Origin: an uncultured virus (IMG/VR IMGVR_UViG_3300042358_000030)
Taxonomy: Duplodnaviria; Heunggongvirae; Uroviricota; Caudoviricetes
Virus record (IMG/VR): IMGVR_UViG_3300042358_000030
Coordinates: 1 to 64,000 of that record
Length of the DNA stretch: 64,000 bases
Strand: one strand, 5' to 3'
Part shown: piece by piece, positions 39,350-48,607 of the stretch
How positions within the stretch are numbered: position 1 is the first letter of the stretch
Layout: every line of letters begins with the position of its first letter
Position numbers and translations under genes: made by a program
Notes under the pieces: model-generated
Databases searched by the model: none
Seen by the model: the letters and a program-made list of their open reading frames with translations, nothing else
What the model was told of the DNA's origin: nothing

Positions 39350-39982
39350 ATGGAAACTAAATTAGGTGATTTTGTTATTAAGTTTTTACAAAATAAAACA
39401 GAGACAAGAAAGATTATTAAGTGTGATGACTTTTTTCAGTTAATAAATGATATGGGTATTACTGATGATAGTGATGAAATTATAAGTATTATAAATTATT
39501 TGGAAGATAATGATACAGATATAAATTTTCATAAAGCTAACACTCAAGATTATTATAATAGGTTTAGAAATATTGAACGAAAAGTTCAGATGTCTAAAAT
39601 GTTAATAGGTTCTAAAACTGAAGTTCAAAAAATGATTGAGAAGGTTGAAAGTATTAAAATTGAAGAGAGACCGGATTGGTTGGATTATTATAAAAATGAG
39701 GATGATGAAGATGAAACAAATGTTAATGGTAAGCCAACATCGGATAGAGATAAAAATTTGGGTCAAGACATTATTGACAGATTGACTAATGAGATTAAAG
39801 AAAAAATTGAGAATGAACCGGGAATGACTTTAGATGAAATCCGAATAGAAATTAATGATGAAATGAATGTTATGAATACTATTCGTCAGGGTTTTGGTAT
39901 GACTAATGAAATGTTAGAACAATTAAGAAATGCTCCGGATATTACTGAAGAACAAATAAATGAAATTAGAAATAACAATTAA
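39350..39982 (+). CDS. Hypothetical protein
   Basis: 210 aa ORF. Confidence 0.55.
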   Translation: METKLGDFVIKFLQNKTETRKIIKCDDFFQLINDMGITDDSDEIISIINYLEDNDTDINFHKANTQDYYNRFRNIERKVQMSKMLIGSKTEVQKMIEKVESIKIEERPDWLDYYKNEDDEDETNVNGKPTSDRDKNLGQDIIDRLTNEIKEKIENEPGMTLDEIRIEINDEMNVMNTIRQGFGMTNEMLEQLRNAPDITEEQINEIRNNN

Positions 39983-39994
39983 ATAAAAACAATT

Positions 39995-40252
39995 ATGCCA
40001 AAGTCAAAATTACGTGGTGGAGCAAAAGCTCACAAAAAAAGAGTTACATTAAGAAATCAAAACCTTAATGGATTAAGAAAGAAAGCTCAAGCAGAGTATA
40101 CTGAAATGTTTGAGAAACAAATGGAAGAGTTGAAAGCTCAATACCAAAATGAAAATGGTGAAACAACTGAATTAAATACTGAGGTTCTTGGTGACGTTAA
40201 TGAGGTTAATGTAACAGATGCTGAAGTAATAACTCCTGATGTTGAGAACTAA
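39995..40252 (+). CDS. Hypothetical protein (basic N-terminus, acidic C-terminus)
   Basis: 85 aa ORF with an A-rich leader. Confidence 0.55.
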   Translation: MPKSKLRGGAKAHKKRVTLRNQNLNGLRKKAQAEYTEMFEKQMEELKAQYQNENGETTELNTEVLGDVNEVNVTDAEVITPDVEN

Positions 40253-40751
40253 GATAGTATCTGCGTTTCCTGGTGTTGGAAAAACAACGTATCATAAAAA
40301 CAACACAGGGACTACATTGGATTCGGATTCAAGTAATTTCAGTTGGGTTGTTAATGAGAATGGAGAAAAGGTAAGAAATCCTGAGTTTCCACAGAACTAC
40401 ATTACCCATATTAAAAATTGTATAGGTAAATATAAATACATTTTTGTGTCATCACATAAAGAAGTTAGAGACGCATTATTAGATAATTGTCTTTTCTTTT
40501 ATTTAGTTTATCCGGATGACAATAGAAAAGAGGAATTTATCCAACGATACCGAGATAGAGGTAATGACGAGAACTTTATTAAGTTGGTTGATTCCAAATG
40601 GGAAGAGTGGATGTCTGAGTTCTATTGGATGGGTAGAGGTTGTGAGAAACTTACTGCGTATGATGGTTGGAATTTAGATACTGTATTGGAGGCTCAAGAA
40701 AGAAGAGACGGTGGTGAAGTCATTCAAGAAGACGTAGAAGAACTGAACTAA
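40239..40751 (+). CDS. P-loop NTPase/kinase-like protein
   Basis: SAFPGVGKTT Walker A. Confidence 0.65.
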   Translation: MLRTKIVSAFPGVGKTTYHKNNTGTTLDSDSSNFSWVVNENGEKVRNPEFPQNYITHIKNCIGKYKYIFVSSHKEVRDALLDNCLFFYLVYPDDNRKEEFIQRYRDRGNDENFIKLVDSKWEEWMSEFYWMGRGCEKLTAYDGWNLDTVLEAQERRDGGEVIQEDVEELN

Positions 40752-40756
40752 AACAA

Positions 40757-40933
40757 ATGGAGAAGTTAAATGAAGAATATATTGAGGTGATTAATCAAAT
40801 GAGGGTCTTAAACAAGAAACGAAAAGAAATCTTTGATAAATATAAAGACATTGAGCCCAATGCTGAACCGGTAATTATGAGAACACCAACATTTTATCAC
40901 GATTTATTCGGGAATGATTTAGACAAAAAATAA
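40757..40933 (+). CDS. Small hypothetical protein, 58 aa (MEKLNEEYIEV...), not in the ORF track
   Basis: Translated by hand; fills the gap between two co-oriented genes. Confidence 0.5.
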   Translation: MEKLNEEYIEVINQMRVLNKKRKEIFDKYKDIEPNAEPVIMRTPTFYHDLFGNDLDKK

Positions 40934-40934
40934 A

Positions 40935-43301
40935 ATGGATTTATTTAATCCCCCACCACAATTTAATTACACAATAATGGAAGATTTAGATATTGTAAAC
41001 TTGGATAATCCTTACCTACAGGTTGTATGGGAGGATTATGCTGAGAATTTTACACAAGAAAAAATAAAGAGTGTTCGTCATTACTTTCAAAAGAAGTATA
41101 ACACAACCAACGTCAACGTAATCACGAAGACAAAGGTTGCTGACGACACCACACATACCGTAGACATATCATTTAACATTTTGGATGAGAACTATCAATT
41201 AGAGTTAGTTCGTTCATTCTTGGAGTCAAAAGGGAATATGGAACACTACGATGATATCTACCAACTTAATAGTATTGTGGATAACAAATTGTTACAGGAC
41301 CAAACCGATGCCACTCCGTTTAAGAGATGGTACATTAAGAACATCGAGTTCTCAAACTTCCTATCGTATGGTGAGAATCAGAAGATAGATTTTGAGAAGT
41401 GTGATGGGATTACGGTTGTGGAGTCAAACCCGCCTAACTTTGGGGGTAAGACAGTTCTTACTGTAGATTTACTTATGTTCTTATTCTTTAATGAAACAAC
41501 CAAGACATCAAAAGCGGAGGAGATATTCAACAGGTTTACAGAGAGAAACAAAGTTGCCGTGAAAGGTGAGATTACAATTGATGGTGAGGAGTATATCATA
41601 TTGAGAAATATTGAAAGAAAGTTATCAAAAAAAGGCGAATGGACGGTTAAGACCGAGTTGGACTTCTATAAAAGATTGTCTGATGGTAGTTTACAAAACT
41701 TCACCGGAGAACAACGAAGAGAGACCGAGGCGTTTATCAAAACGTCTATCGGGACCAAAGAGGACTTCTTAATGACCATCCTAACAACTGCCACCAACTT
41801 GGAAGAACTAATTGATGCCAAACCTACGGCGAGGGGTCAAGTTCTTTCAAGATTTATGGGGTTGGATTTCCTTAAACGTAAGGAAGAAGCTGCCAAAGAA
41901 ATTTATAGTGACTTCTCCAAAGGAATGTTGTCAAACATCTATAACTCTGAAGAACTTAAAACGGATAATCAAACTAGTCAAGAAACAATTGATACCCTAA
42001 CAGAAACTAATCTTACATTAGATATTCAGTTGGAAGATGCTAAAACAAGAATCCTTAAGGGTCAGGAATATCGTGATGGGTTATTAAACTCCAAACATAA
42101 TATTGATAGAGATTTAACACTAGTATCACCGGACAAAGTCCAAGAGGAAATTAATGGGTTGGACTTACAGAAAGCTAAAGCTATTTCAGATAGAGATGGT
42201 GTTAAGGTTGTTGAACCATCTGAATTTTACCACGAGGATAAACACGATGAGGTAAAACAAGAGATTAAAGATTTGATTACCAAACAAGCGGAGAACAATG
42301 CGAAGATTAAAAGTATTGAAGAACTGAAGAGTTCGGTTGATGGTGGAATCAAATGTGAGCACTGTGGTATTGAACTGATGAATGCTGCAATTACTAACGC
42401 TAAAATTGGAGAACTTGCCGGACTTATCACGCACAAAGAGGAATTATTGGGGTTAATGCGTGAGTTAACCGGCAGAGAAGAAGGTTTTGTTAATCTTAAA
42501 AAGGAATTTGATGAGTATGAGAAAAACAAACTTATCAAAGAGAAATATGAATTAAGTGTTGAACGATTTCAATTGATGATTGATGCGTTGAAAACCAAAT
42601 TGGAAAGATACTCTGAAGTTCAGGACAAAATTATTGAAAACAATAAGACAGATGGATTGTTGATTAAAGCGGGAATTAGAATTGATGAACTTGAGGGTGA
42701 GAAGAAAACTATTGAAACTAGTATCTCAAATAATAAGTTTACAATGACTAATTTAACCACCAAGATAACTTCTAACTTGGAAACAATTAGAAAAATTGCT
42801 GAGGAAGCTGAGAGAGAAAGAATCTATAAAATCTATTTGGAAATCTTTGGTAAGAACGGTGTGACCAAACTTATTATGAAAACGATGATGCCACTTATTA
42901 ATAGTGAACTTCAAAGATTGTTAGAGGATAGTTGCCACTTTAGATTAGAAGTTAAGATTAATGATAAGAATGAAGTTGACTTCCTTATGATTGATAACAA
43001 CACTCAGGTTGAGAAACCGATGGCATCCGGGTCCGGATATGAACGAAGTATCGCTTCACTAGCATTGAGAGCCGTGTTAAGTAAGATATGTTCATTGCCA
43101 AGAGCGAATGTGGTTGTATTCGATGAGGTCTTCGGAAAAATATCCAATGACAACTTGGAGATGGTATCGGAGTTTTTCTCTAAAATTAAAGAATACTTTG
43201 AGAAGATATTCGTTATTACCCACAACCCATTAGTAACAAATTGGGCGGATAATGTAGTGAGAATTAGAAAAGAAGAAAATATTAGTTATGTTTCCCAATA
43301 A
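40935..43301 (+). CDS. Rad50/SbcC-like SMC ATPase (T4 gp46-like) with an N-terminal extension
   Basis: FSNFLSYG, NFGGKT Walker A, CEHC zinc hook, SGYE signature, VVFDE Walker B, and ITH. Confidence 0.9.
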   Translation: MDLFNPPPQFNYTIMEDLDIVNLDNPYLQVVWEDYAENFTQEKIKSVRHYFQKKYNTTNVNVITKTKVADDTTHTVDISFNILDENYQLELVRSFLESKGNMEHYDDIYQLNSIVDNKLLQDQTDATPFKRWYIKNIEFSNFLSYGENQKIDFEKCDGITVVESNPPNFGGKTVLTVDLLMFLFFNETTKTSKAEEIFNRFTERNKVAVKGEITIDGEEYIILRNIERKLSKKGEWTVKTELDFYKRLSDGSLQNFTGEQRRETEAFIKTSIGTKEDFLMTILTTATNLEELIDAKPTARGQVLSRFMGLDFLKRKEEAAKEIYSDFSKGMLSNIYNSEELKTDNQTSQETIDTLTETNLTLDIQLEDAKTRILKGQEYRDGLLNSKHNIDRDLTLVSPDKVQEEINGLDLQKAKAISDRDGVKVVEPSEFYHEDKHDEVKQEIKDLITKQAENNAKIKSIEELKSSVDGGIKCEHCGIELMNAAITNAKIGELAGLITHKEELLGLMRELTGREEGFVNLKKEFDEYEKNKLIKEKYELSVERFQLMIDALKTKLERYSEVQDKIIENNKTDGLLIKAGIRIDELEGEKKTIETSISNNKFTMTNLTTKITSNLETIRKIAEEAERERIYKIYLEIFGKNGVTKLIMKTMMPLINSELQRLLEDSCHFRLEVKINDKNEVDFLMIDNNTQVEKPMASGSGYERSIASLALRAVLSKICSLPRANVVVFDEVFGKISNDNLEMVSEFFSKIKEYFEKIFVITHNPLVTNWADNVVRIRKEENISYVSQ

Positions 43302-43304
43302 AAG

Positions 43305-43335
43305 TTTGGGAAACATAATTTTTATCGTATCTTTG
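43305..43335 (+). promoter_or_regulatory. Bacteroidota-type promoter TTTG-N19-TATCTTTG
   Basis: TTTG at 43305-43308 and TATCTTTG at 43328-43335. Confidence 0.75.
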
Positions 43336-43366
43336 TAACATAATATATAACTTAAACGTATAACGT

Positions 43367-43942
43367 ATGGATGGTTTAACCAAATACATTTTATTTGTCT
43401 TCGCTAAGAATGACAACCCAAAAGAATTTACAGAACAAATCGCAGAAGAATTATGTGTTATTTCAGACACACCAAATCTTAATTTTTATTTTGGACCAGA
43501 ATCATCTGTGTTCACAATCTCAACATTGGATTCCTATCAGGACGTGAAAGACTATGTTGATATGATTTTAGGTGTTGGTGATATTATGTACGTATTATTA
43601 CCTTACACATCTGACAATTTGTCATATGGTCTACCTAAAAAAATATCAGAACACCTTTTTAACGATGGTATTAGTGACTTTATGTCAGATAATTCAAAAC
43701 TTTCAGATAAAAGTGAATTTGAGGTACGAAAAATGATACAAGACCAAATCAAAGAAAGTTTTATGTTAAACATTGAAGACTTTGACTTTGACTATGATGA
43801 AGATGAGTGGTCTGACATTGACGAAATTAAAAATAAACAACGTAGTCCATCTTTAGATTATTTATTAGAAAAGATTAAAGAAAAAGGTTTAAATTCGCTA
43901 ACAGAAAAAGAATTAATACAATTAAACAAATACGCAAATTAA
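43367..43942 (+). CDS. Hypothetical protein with a C-terminal DUF6576-like motif
   Basis: LDYLLEKIKEKGLNSLTEKE. Confidence 0.5.
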   Translation: MDGLTKYILFVFAKNDNPKEFTEQIAEELCVISDTPNLNFYFGPESSVFTISTLDSYQDVKDYVDMILGVGDIMYVLLPYTSDNLSYGLPKKISEHLFNDGISDFMSDNSKLSDKSEFEVRKMIQDQIKESFMLNIEDFDFDYDEDEWSDIDEIKNKQRSPSLDYLLEKIKEKGLNSLTEKELIQLNKYAN

Positions 43943-43943
43943 T

Positions 43944-44744
43944 ATGAAAGAGAAAAACTCGGGTATTCCGATTAATCAAGAAGAGATTCAATTATATCTA
44001 AAAGATATACGTAAGATTAAAGTAATGACCCCTGAGAGGGAACGTGAATTATCTAAAATGATATCTTCAGGGACACTTACAGAAAATGAAACCAAAGCGA
44101 TTAATAAAGAATTACTTGAAGGTAATTTAAGATTTGTTATTACTGTGGCAAAACAGTATCAAAATCAAGGGTTAGATTTTCCTGATTTAATCGCTGAAGG
44201 AAATTTAGGTTTGATGAAAGCAATTAATAATTTTGATTGGTCAAAGAATCTTAGATTTATATCTTATGCGGTGTGGTGGGTTAAACAATCAATTCTTCAA
44301 TCATTAAATGACAATGCTCGTACAATCAGACTACCTGTTAATGTAGTTCAAGATTTACATAGAGCAAAAAAAGAAATTGAGTCTAATGGTGGTAAATTAG
44401 AAGATAAGTTTCAAAATCTCCCATCAATGATTGATTTAGATATGAACATCAATGAAGATGGTGATACCCTTATTGATATAATTAAAAATGAGGGTGCTGA
44501 TATGCCTGATGAGGCTTTCAACAGTAAGGACCAATTAAAGGCTAAACTAATTACATTATTAAATGTTTTAGATGACCGTGAAAAAGTAATTGTTGAGGAT
44601 TATTTTGGTTTAACAGGAACACCAAGAACTCTTGAAGATATTGGAGGTGATTTTAATCTAACTAAGGAACGAGTTAGACAAATTAAAGAGAAAGCCTTAC
44701 GAAAATTAAGGAATGATAGTTCAGTGTTATATGAATATATGTAA
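43944..44744 (+). CDS. RNA polymerase sigma-70 factor, RpoD-like (Bacteroidota type, lacking region 1.1)
   Basis: NLRFVITVAKQYQ, DLIAEGNLGL, FISYAVWWVKQSILQ, and TLEDIG...LTKERVRQIKEKAL. Confidence 0.92.
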   Translation: MKEKNSGIPINQEEIQLYLKDIRKIKVMTPERERELSKMISSGTLTENETKAINKELLEGNLRFVITVAKQYQNQGLDFPDLIAEGNLGLMKAINNFDWSKNLRFISYAVWWVKQSILQSLNDNARTIRLPVNVVQDLHRAKKEIESNGGKLEDKFQNLPSMIDLDMNINEDGDTLIDIIKNEGADMPDEAFNSKDQLKAKLITLLNVLDDREKVIVEDYFGLTGTPRTLEDIGGDFNLTKERVRQIKEKALRKLRNDSSVLYEYM

Positions 44745-44753
44745 AAATTTCAG

Positions 44754-44785
44754 AACCTTCTATTTATTATAATAGAAGGTTTTTT
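44754..44785 (+). terminator. Rho-independent terminator after the sigma gene
   Basis: aaccttctatt-tattat-aatagaaggtt followed by a T run. Confidence 0.7.
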
Positions 44786-44814
44786 ACCTTTATGATAAAA
44801 CTAAAACAAAAATT

Positions 44815-45087
44815 ATGAAACCAATTTTAAATTTTATTGATACTTGGGGTATTAGAATAATGTTTTTCCTAGTGGTAATAACATTCTTCAAAACTTGTAG
44901 TACAAATTCTAAAGTCCAAGACGTTAACGATAGTGTTGATTCATTATCTGTAAAACTTCGTAGAGAAATAAAGATTGAAGGTCTTAAATCTGAGAAAAGA
45001 GCTATTCAAGCATCTGATAGAAAAATATTAGATGTAACAAGACAAACTCAAATTGACCAAGAAATAAGTAAAATATCAAATGATTAA
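44815..45087 (+). CDS. Small membrane/lipoprotein-like protein
   Basis: Hydrophobic N-terminal helix followed by KTCS. Confidence 0.5.
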   Translation: MKPILNFIDTWGIRIMFFLVVITFFKTCSTNSKVQDVNDSVDSLSVKLRREIKIEGLKSEKRAIQASDRKILDVTRQTQIDQEISKISND

Positions 45088-45907
45088 GACATTATGGGCA
45101 TCCATTAAGGAACATCCAAATAGAGCAATGTTTTTAGTACCAATTATATTGGTTGCTGGAATATCGATATCCCACGTTGTATCTTGGTATAACTTGGCTA
45201 ATCCGATTAGTTGGGCTATCTATTTATCTATAGCCATTGAGATAGGCGCTATGACGGCATTAGTTGCTGCAACCAACAAAATCAAAGGTGGGGTTTGGTT
45301 TATGTTTGGGATAATTACCTTCATCCAAATGATTGGTAATATTTTCTATTCATATAAACAAATTGATGCTAATGGGGAATTATTCAAATCGTGGATGGAA
45401 CTAACCGGACCAGTGTGGGAAATGTTAGGTTCAAAACCAAATGACGTTATATCAATGAAAAGGTGGTTAGCATTCTTAGAGGGTGGATTACTTCCGGTTA
45501 TCTCACTAACATCTCTACACTTTTTTACTAAGTATGATGATGGAAAATCAAGTACTGGTGAGGTTAAAGAGGTTGTTAAAGAAATAATTGTGGAAAAAGA
45601 AGTTATCAAAGAAATAATTGTTGAGGTTCCGGTAATTGAAGAAGTAATTGTTGAAGTTGAAAAAATTGTTGAAAAAATAGTTGAAGTTGAAAAAATTGTT
45701 GAAAAAATAATTGAAGTACCGGTTGAAGTTGAAAAAATTGTTGAAAAAATAATTGAAGTGCCGGTATATCAATCCCAATCTGTTGAGTCTACAAAAATTT
45801 CTGATTTACCTGAAATGATTGAACCGGAAAAGAATGACTATTTTGTTAGTCCGGGAATGGATATACACGAACCACCACGTCCAAATAGATTAAGTTATAT
45901 AAAATAA
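45080..45907 (+). CDS. Multi-pass membrane protein with VEKIVEVP repeats
   Basis: About 4 hydrophobic helices followed by E(K/V)I(V/I)EVPV repeats. Confidence 0.6.
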   Translation: MIKTLWASIKEHPNRAMFLVPIILVAGISISHVVSWYNLANPISWAIYLSIAIEIGAMTALVAATNKIKGGVWFMFGIITFIQMIGNIFYSYKQIDANGELFKSWMELTGPVWEMLGSKPNDVISMKRWLAFLEGGLLPVISLTSLHFFTKYDDGKSSTGEVKEVVKEIIVEKEVIKEIIVEVPVIEEVIVEVEKIVEKIVEVEKIVEKIIEVPVEVEKIVEKIIEVPVYQSQSVESTKISDLPEMIEPEKNDYFVSPGMDIHEPPRPNRLSYIK

Positions 45908-45925
45908 AACTTAAAGTGTTAGGTT

Positions 45926-46525
45926 ATGATAGACATAATTAATGGTTTTAAACCAAGTGGAAAACAAAAGAAAAAAAATCAAATAATCCTCACACATTCC
46001 TCAAGAAATGTTGGGGATTATTTACAATCATTAAAACTTAGATTTAATGGAAAATTTAAAAGAATACCTAATTATATCATTACTCGAGATGGTAGAATAC
46101 TCCAATTATTAGGTAATAATGAACATTCAAATTATTTTATATCGCCAAACATAAATAGAAATTCTATAATTGTTTGCTTGGAAAATTTAGGGTGGTTAGA
46201 AAAAGAACCACTAACTAATCATTACGTTAACTGGATTGGTGATATTTATAAAGGTGATGTGTATGAAAAAAAATGGAGAGACTATTATTTTTGGCAACCA
46301 TATACTACAGTTCAAGTTGAAAAAACTTCAATATTATGTAGTAAATTATTAAAAGAAATGAATATTAAATCCCAAATAATTGGACACAACACAAAAATAA
46401 ATGGTATTGAAAAATATGACGGAATAGTTAGTAAAAGTAATTTTGATACTGATTATACTGATGTTAGTCCGGCATTTAATTTTGAAGAATTTTTAAAAAA
46501 AATAGAATATGAGCAATTCACATGA
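45926..46525 (+). CDS. N-acetylmuramoyl-L-alanine amidase-like protein (Amidase_2), putative endolysin
   Basis: IILTHS, NYIITRDGRI, NSIIVCLEN.G, YT..Q, IIGH, and DVSPAF motifs. Confidence 0.65.
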   Translation: MIDIINGFKPSGKQKKKNQIILTHSSRNVGDYLQSLKLRFNGKFKRIPNYIITRDGRILQLLGNNEHSNYFISPNINRNSIIVCLENLGWLEKEPLTNHYVNWIGDIYKGDVYEKKWRDYYFWQPYTTVQVEKTSILCSKLLKEMNIKSQIIGHNTKINGIEKYDGIVSKSNFDTDYTDVSPAFNFEEFLKKIEYEQFT

Positions 46526-47111
46526 TGAAATAAAAAGATTAATGGAGGCGTCTAGAAAGATGTTGTCAAATAGTACGATTAATGAAGATATCAATCGTAT
46601 TAGAGAAAAACATGGTATTATCAATGAACAAGTTGATTTAACAGACGATAATATTATTAAAAAAACAAACATTGCTAAAGACGTTGAAGATAAAATCGAA
46701 GACGATACTAACACACCTGAGGATAAATCTCAAGGATATAGAGTTGTTGGTGGTATTATTGTTTTACATGGTAAAGAGAACAGTGATTTAGATTTGACCA
46801 CTGATGAGAAAATTGCTTTCCAAGAAACAATGAATGAGTTTGTGGAAGAAGTTTCGGATTTAGTAGATTTTAATAAATTAAATTTATATCCAAACAATGT
46901 TGAATGGTCTGGTAGAATAATTGATTTTGATTTAGATTTCTTTTTTACTATTGGAGAGGAAAATGGTGTATACATTAATGGAGAAATGTTGAAAACTGAT
47001 GATGAGTTTTTAGAAATGATTAATAAATTAAAAGTTTTTTATGAAAAATTTAAATCAAAATGGTCTAAAGTTTTAGCATCAAGAAAACAAACAAGTAATA
47101 CCCCTGAATAA
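46509..47111 (+). CDS. Hypothetical protein, possibly head-associated
   Basis: 200 aa; INEDINRIR..GIINEQ motif shared with the 48608 gene. Confidence 0.5.
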   Translation: MSNSHDEIKRLMEASRKMLSNSTINEDINRIREKHGIINEQVDLTDDNIIKKTNIAKDVEDKIEDDTNTPEDKSQGYRVVGGIIVLHGKENSDLDLTTDEKIAFQETMNEFVEEVSDLVDFNKLNLYPNNVEWSGRIIDFDLDFFFTIGEENGVYINGEMLKTDDEFLEMINKLKVFYEKFKSKWSKVLASRKQTSNTPE

Positions 47112-47470
47112 TGAAAGATGTTGTAGGTAATAATACTCAAAATATATTATTAATAATAGTGATTGTATTAGCGGGATGGAATATCTTTACCACCAATAAT
47201 GTTAAAACTGATGTTAAATCTTATAAAGAAAAAATAGAATCTCTTCAAACAGAAATTGATTCGTCAAAAAAAGTTAATAAAACTATTGATATTAAAATTG
47301 ATTCTATTAAACAAAATGTTATTAGTATAACTAAAGATATTAATCACATAGATAATAATATAACCATAATTAAAAAACAAACAAATGAAAAAGTTAATAG
47401 TGTTGACACTCTTACTGCTAACGAGCTTGAGCAGTTTTTCACAGACAGATACAACAAAAGTACGAATTAG
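47111..47470 (+). CDS. N-terminally anchored coiled-coil protein (i-spanin-like)
   Basis: Single N-terminal TM helix plus coiled coil; overlaps the next gene. Confidence 0.5.
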   Translation: MKDVVGNNTQNILLIIVIVLAGWNIFTTNNVKTDVKSYKEKIESLQTEIDSSKKVNKTIDIKIDSIKQNVISITKDINHIDNNITIIKKQTNEKVNSVDTLTANELEQFFTDRYNKSTN

Positions 47471-47789
47471 TACACCAATTGCAAAATTGGCTATAAAAGA
47501 TATTATTAAAGGTGATGGTTGTATACTTGAGTTAAAATTAACTCAGGAAAAATTAATTAAAACTGAAGAAAGAGAAAAAGAAAAAGATGGTCATATCTTA
47601 TCGCTTGAAGATAAAGATAAAAATAATAATTTTATGATGGGTAAAAAAGATGAACAATTAAAAACCTCAGATGAGTTATCTAACAATTTACGTAAGGAAC
47701 TTAAAGAACAAAGAACAAAAAATTTTTTTTGGAAAGTTGGTACTTACGTTGGAATCATAACTTCAACCTATCTTTTATTATTAAAATAA
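47385..47789 (+). CDS. Signal-peptide coiled-coil protein with a C-terminal hydrophobic helix (spanin-partner-like)
   Basis: MKKLIVLTLLLLTSLSSFS-Q signal peptide; C-terminal FFWKVGTYVGIITSTYLLLLK. Confidence 0.5.
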   Translation: MKKLIVLTLLLLTSLSSFSQTDTTKVRISTPIAKLAIKDIIKGDGCILELKLTQEKLIKTEEREKEKDGHILSLEDKDKNNNFMMGKKDEQLKTSDELSNNLRKELKEQRTKNFFWKVGTYVGIITSTYLLLLK

Positions 47790-47796
47790 TTTAATT

Positions 47797-48570
47797 ATGA
47801 AAATTAAAGAAAATATGTCTTCAGATTTAGAAAACAAAATAGAGGATGAAATGAGTAATGTAGGTGTTTTTAGTCAGGGTGTTGAAGGTATGATGGCAGT
47901 TAATGATTTTAAAAAATCATTGGGTGAAGAAAAACATAAAAAAACTGATATAGTAAAAAAATCAATTAAAAAAGGTATGAAGGATAAAATAGTTAGTAAT
48001 GTTAAACTTAAAAAACCTATTGGTAAATTGACATCGTCACTACCTATAATGGGTGAGAAAGAAGAAACTAAAGAACAGGGGGCTAGTTCTGCTGGAGGGT
48101 TTGTTGGTCCATTATTTTCAACAACCAAAAAAGAAATGGAAGAAGATTGTTGGAACAATTATGAGCAAAAGGGTATGAAAAAGAAAAATGGTAAAATGGT
48201 TCCTAATTGTGTAAAAGAAAATGTTGAAGAGTCAGGTGATGAGATTAAAAAAGTTGAGGCTACAGAGGCGACAGGGTCAGGTTCATCGGGACAATATTCG
48301 ACAACAGCGGCTTGGGCAAAATCAACAAGTAAAAAAGATTGGAGAGGTAAATCTAAACCACAAATACCCGGTGGTAAATTTGTTCAGGTTAAGAAAAAAT
48401 GTAAAAAATTTCCATATTGTAATCAAGGTGATATTAAGGCTCTTAAAATATATGAGAATGAAACAGTTAAGAAAGCAATCAAAAATATTAGTGAAAGACA
48501 TAATATTAGTGAAAATGTTATCAAGTCAATAATTTCATATGAGTATGAAAAATTAAAATCAAACAAATAA
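47797..48570 (+). CDS. Hypothetical protein, possibly head-associated
   Basis: CWNNYEQKGMKKKNGKMVPNCV module; EQGASSAG and EATGSGSSG repeats. Confidence 0.55.
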   Translation: MKIKENMSSDLENKIEDEMSNVGVFSQGVEGMMAVNDFKKSLGEEKHKKTDIVKKSIKKGMKDKIVSNVKLKKPIGKLTSSLPIMGEKEETKEQGASSAGGFVGPLFSTTKKEMEEDCWNNYEQKGMKKKNGKMVPNCVKENVEESGDEIKKVEATEATGSGSSGQYSTTAAWAKSTSKKDWRGKSKPQIPGGKFVQVKKKCKKFPYCNQGDIKALKIYENETVKKAIKNISERHNISENVIKSIISYEYEKLKSNK

Positions 48571-48585
48571 AGTAAAAAACTAATA

Positions 48586-48593
48586 TATTTATA
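48586..48593 (+). promoter_or_regulatory. TATTTATA putative late-promoter motif (representative copy)
   Basis: Recurs in sense orientation shortly before many gene starts on both strands (listed in findings). Confidence 0.55.
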
Positions 48594-48607
48594 ATAAAAA
48601 AACAACA

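Noticed and set aside
45346..45778. Antisense ORFs with FNYFFNN repeats
   Set aside because: Shadows of the VEKIVE repeats
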